Shown: positions 61,081 through 64,000 of the stretch, piece by piece | How positions within the stretch are numbered: the first letter of the stretch is position 1 | Layout of the letters: each line of letters begins with the position of its first letter | Assembly: GCF_030028105.1 (NCBI RefSeq) | Contig: NC_092380.1 | Coordinates: 20,051,144 to 20,115,143 of the forward strand | DNA length: 64,000 nt | DNA from: Mobula birostris | Lineage: Eukaryota | Direction of reading: 5' to 3' | Notes under the pieces: generated by a model | What the model was told of the DNA's origin: nothing | The model's input: the letters and a program-made list of their open reading frames with translations, nothing else | Databases searched by the model: none | Program-made: the position numbers and the translations under genes

Positions 61081-62191
61081 AACTGGATAAAATAGGAATT
61101 GTTGGAAATATTCAGCAGGCCAGTCAGCATCAATGCAAAGGAAACGGCACGCCGTGGAGCGTAGCGGCTAGCACAGGCGCTTTACAGCGACAGTTGTAAG
61201 GTTGACGGGGTTCAATTCCCATCGCTGCCTGTAAGGAGTTTGTACGTTCTCCCTGTGACCATGTGGGTTTCCTCCAGGTGCTCTGGTTTCCTCCCACAGT
61301 CCAAAGATGTGTAGGTTAGGGTTAGTCTGTTCAAAGTAAACTTGTTATCAAAGTACACCATTTAAGAGCCTCTTAGACAGGCAAAGGATGATGCAGGGTG
61401 GGTGACTATAGATAGTTAACAAATGCTGAAAGGCCAGGATAGAGTTGACATGGGGAGGGCATTTCCAGTAATGGGAGAGTCAAGGGAGTCCCTTTAGAAC
61501 AGAGATGAGGTGGAATTTCTTTACCTGGAGGCTGGTGAATTTGTGGAATTCATTGCCACAGTGACTGTGGAGGCGAAGCCATGGGGCATATTTAAAGTAG
61601 AGCTAGATAGGTTGTTGATTAATAAGGGTGTCAGAGGTTACAGGGAGGAGGTAGAGAACAGGTTTGAGAGGGAAAAGACATGACTGAACGGCGGATCAGA
61701 TTTAGTAGGCTGAATGGCCTAGGCCCACTCCCGTGACTGATGGACCATGTGCACACAGATAGGACTAGGCATCATCAGCACTGGAGTGAAGTCCTGTACA
61801 CCTGGTGTACTGTTCTATCTTTCATTTTCAAAGAAACAGCAGTGGGAAAGGCCATTTGTCCCCTCAAAACTGCTCTACCTTGCAGTAAGATCCTTGCTGA
61901 CCTAGCTCACCTTAATGACTTAACCCTATTTCCCCCGACCCCTCGAATAAACAAAGATCTATTGACCTCTGATCTGAATATAATCAGTGACTAATCCTCC
62001 ATGATAGAGAATTACAAAGATTCGCCAACCTTTGAGGGAAGAGATTTTTCTTCATTTCGGTTCTAAATTGCCTCCCCATTAATTTGAGATTGTGACTCCT
62101 GATTCTAGAGTCCTTAATGGAGGGAAACGTCATTGTGGTAGAGCCCTCCATATCTCAATGTAATCATCTCCCCATTGCCTAACTTCTAGAG

Positions 62192-62270
62192 CAAGGGTTC
62201 CCAGCCTCTCTATGCCACAGACCCCTACCATTAACTGAGGTGCTAATAGACCCCAGGTTGGGAACCCCTG
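62192..62270. mobile_element. hAT-type MITE
   Basis: TIRs CAAGGGTTCCCA / TGGGAACCCCTG with a TCTAGA core in both flanks. Related copies at 203-283 and about 34768-34835. Confidence 0.7.
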
Positions 62271-64000
62271 CTCTAGAAAATGGCCCCAGGCCTCTCAAGC
62301 TCTCCTCACATGACCTGTTATCTTCCATCAGACAAGGGTTTAACTGGACGATCAGAGGAGCAGTGCGGGGGTGAACAGAAGGAAAATGGGCAGAAATAAA
62401 TCCCTCAGATGTAACCGTTTATGACTGTTACAACCCAAACTGTTCAATTCTAACTGGAGCCTGACAGTGACAATTCAGAGGGGCCTGTTGACACTATAGA
62501 AACTGCAGGACAGTTCAGACACTTGAGGCTCTGAGCTGTGGGTAATATTGGCACACATATTTAGAAACTTCAGAACCAATGACCAGAGAGACCTCACTGG
62601 AGCTGTAATCTACATGGGGTTCACCCCATCCCAACCTCCCATAGACACTCTCCCCGCATAGAAAACCTCCAGTGTTTATAAACTAGCTTCCCCGTTTTTG
62701 AGAGGAGGAGAACCACAAAGAGATTCACTGATGAACAGGAACACTTACTGGGCTCAAACGGCAGGATCCAAGCTAACAAACGAAGCCAGCTCACCTTTCT
62801 GGGCAGGCACGTCATCTGCTAAAAAAGATTCGAGTACAATTTTTATTGAAGCTGCAAGGAACATTCGAAGGAAGTTTCAAAAAGGGCAGTGGGGAGATGG
62901 AAGGAAGTCAGTCCACCCTACTCGGGTTCCTAGAAGTCCCTGGGGATTTTGCCAGGCACGTGACGTACATTGGAGTCTGAGGTAGGTAGACGCTTTCTAG
63001 AGCTTTGACCAGGTGGAGGAGACAAAATATTTCCAGCCTCCTGCATTGTTGGATAAACGCTGTGTTCAGACCATCCATGGTCTTGGATCTGCTCCCTCAA
63101 CATGAAACAGAGATGTCTGTGGCACCCTCAGACCTGGGTACAAAGTGCAAGCAAGGCAACACCTAACACGTGGAATTTTTGGGCCATCAACTCCAGCAAC
63201 GTACAGGCAGCACAGAAGGGGCCGATGCTGCTGTTCATGGTCCACTACATGCCTCCTCCCACTAGATTTCACTCAATTCTACCACTGAAGCTATCAATTC
63301 CTGACTCCCTTAGGTGCTGCTTCGAGCTTCCCCTACTGACCACATCAGTTGTTTCACGCACTCACTCCCTTTGGTAGGCGGTCTACCTTCCCTATCAGTC
63401 TCCAGGTGGCAGAGCTTCTCCTGCACCCTTCATCCGTACCTGAGAAACTCTATGGCACAGGAGCAGCCCATTCAACTCATTGTAGCCTCACTGGTGAAAA
63501 GAGTTACCCCACTTAATGCCACTAGTAGGAATTGCTCTTTGGCAGTAAATTTACAAGCACCATCATCCAATGGAAAAAGCCATTCGTCATCTCCCCGCTG
63601 ATATCTCCACAATCACTTAGAGCTGTTATCTCTTGGGTTTTGGCCCAGTTAAAGGAAATATTTAATCTAGCTAGCCCCTCTTAACTTTATTCACCTCAGT
63701 TAACTCTGCACTCAACTTCCTCAGTTCTAAAGACAACTATTGTCCCTCGTCCAATCTTCCCTACAGTGCAGGCAATATCCTTACGAATCTACTCTGAACC
63801 ATCTCCAGTGTAATTTTACTTTTCCTGTAGTCTGACTACTACTGTTAATTGTGTCACATGCCATTCTGCCCATCAAGATTATACTGGCTCTTGGAGCAAA
63901 CTGATTCAGCAATATTTCTTGGAACCAATGTTCCCTGGTGCACCCACGATGTCTACCTTTATTGTCCTTTCAGCCACCTAGATCATGGACACTTCAAGTA

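Noticed and set aside
62749-62815. Minus-strand leader-like ORF (MTCLPRKVSWLRLLAWILPFEP) ending at a phase-1 GTAAGT
   Set aside because: Weakly hydrophobic, a competing internal donor, and no matching V exon found downstream on that strand.

Overview
Eukaryotic genomic DNA, most likely from a cartilaginous fish. This is inferred from the repeat content: HE1/V-SINEs, CR1, Rex1/Babar and Penelope-type ends. Most of the window is decayed transposon sequence, so most ORFs in the supplied track are spurious, and there are two assembly gaps. The real signal is two spliced Ig-superfamily genes lying head to head, about 25 kb apart. Each has a single exon encoding a V domain with the J-like FGxGT motif already joined in the germline and no RSS. 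Gene 2 (+ strand, 36035-58317) can be assembled end to end with consistent splice phases: leader, VJ, short S/P/T hinge plus uncharged TM, cytoplasmic exons, and a last exon with two tyrosine motifs (IHYASM, MVYAEV). It predicts a constant-domain-less, antigen-receptor-like inhibitory receptor of 246 or 254 aa. For gene 1 (- strand) only the leader (10886-10928) and VJ exon (10003-10341) are clear; its 3' exons could not be fixed. A possible eroded third V-like copy sits near 60.6-61.1 kb. No gene symbol is assigned because family identity needs a database search.
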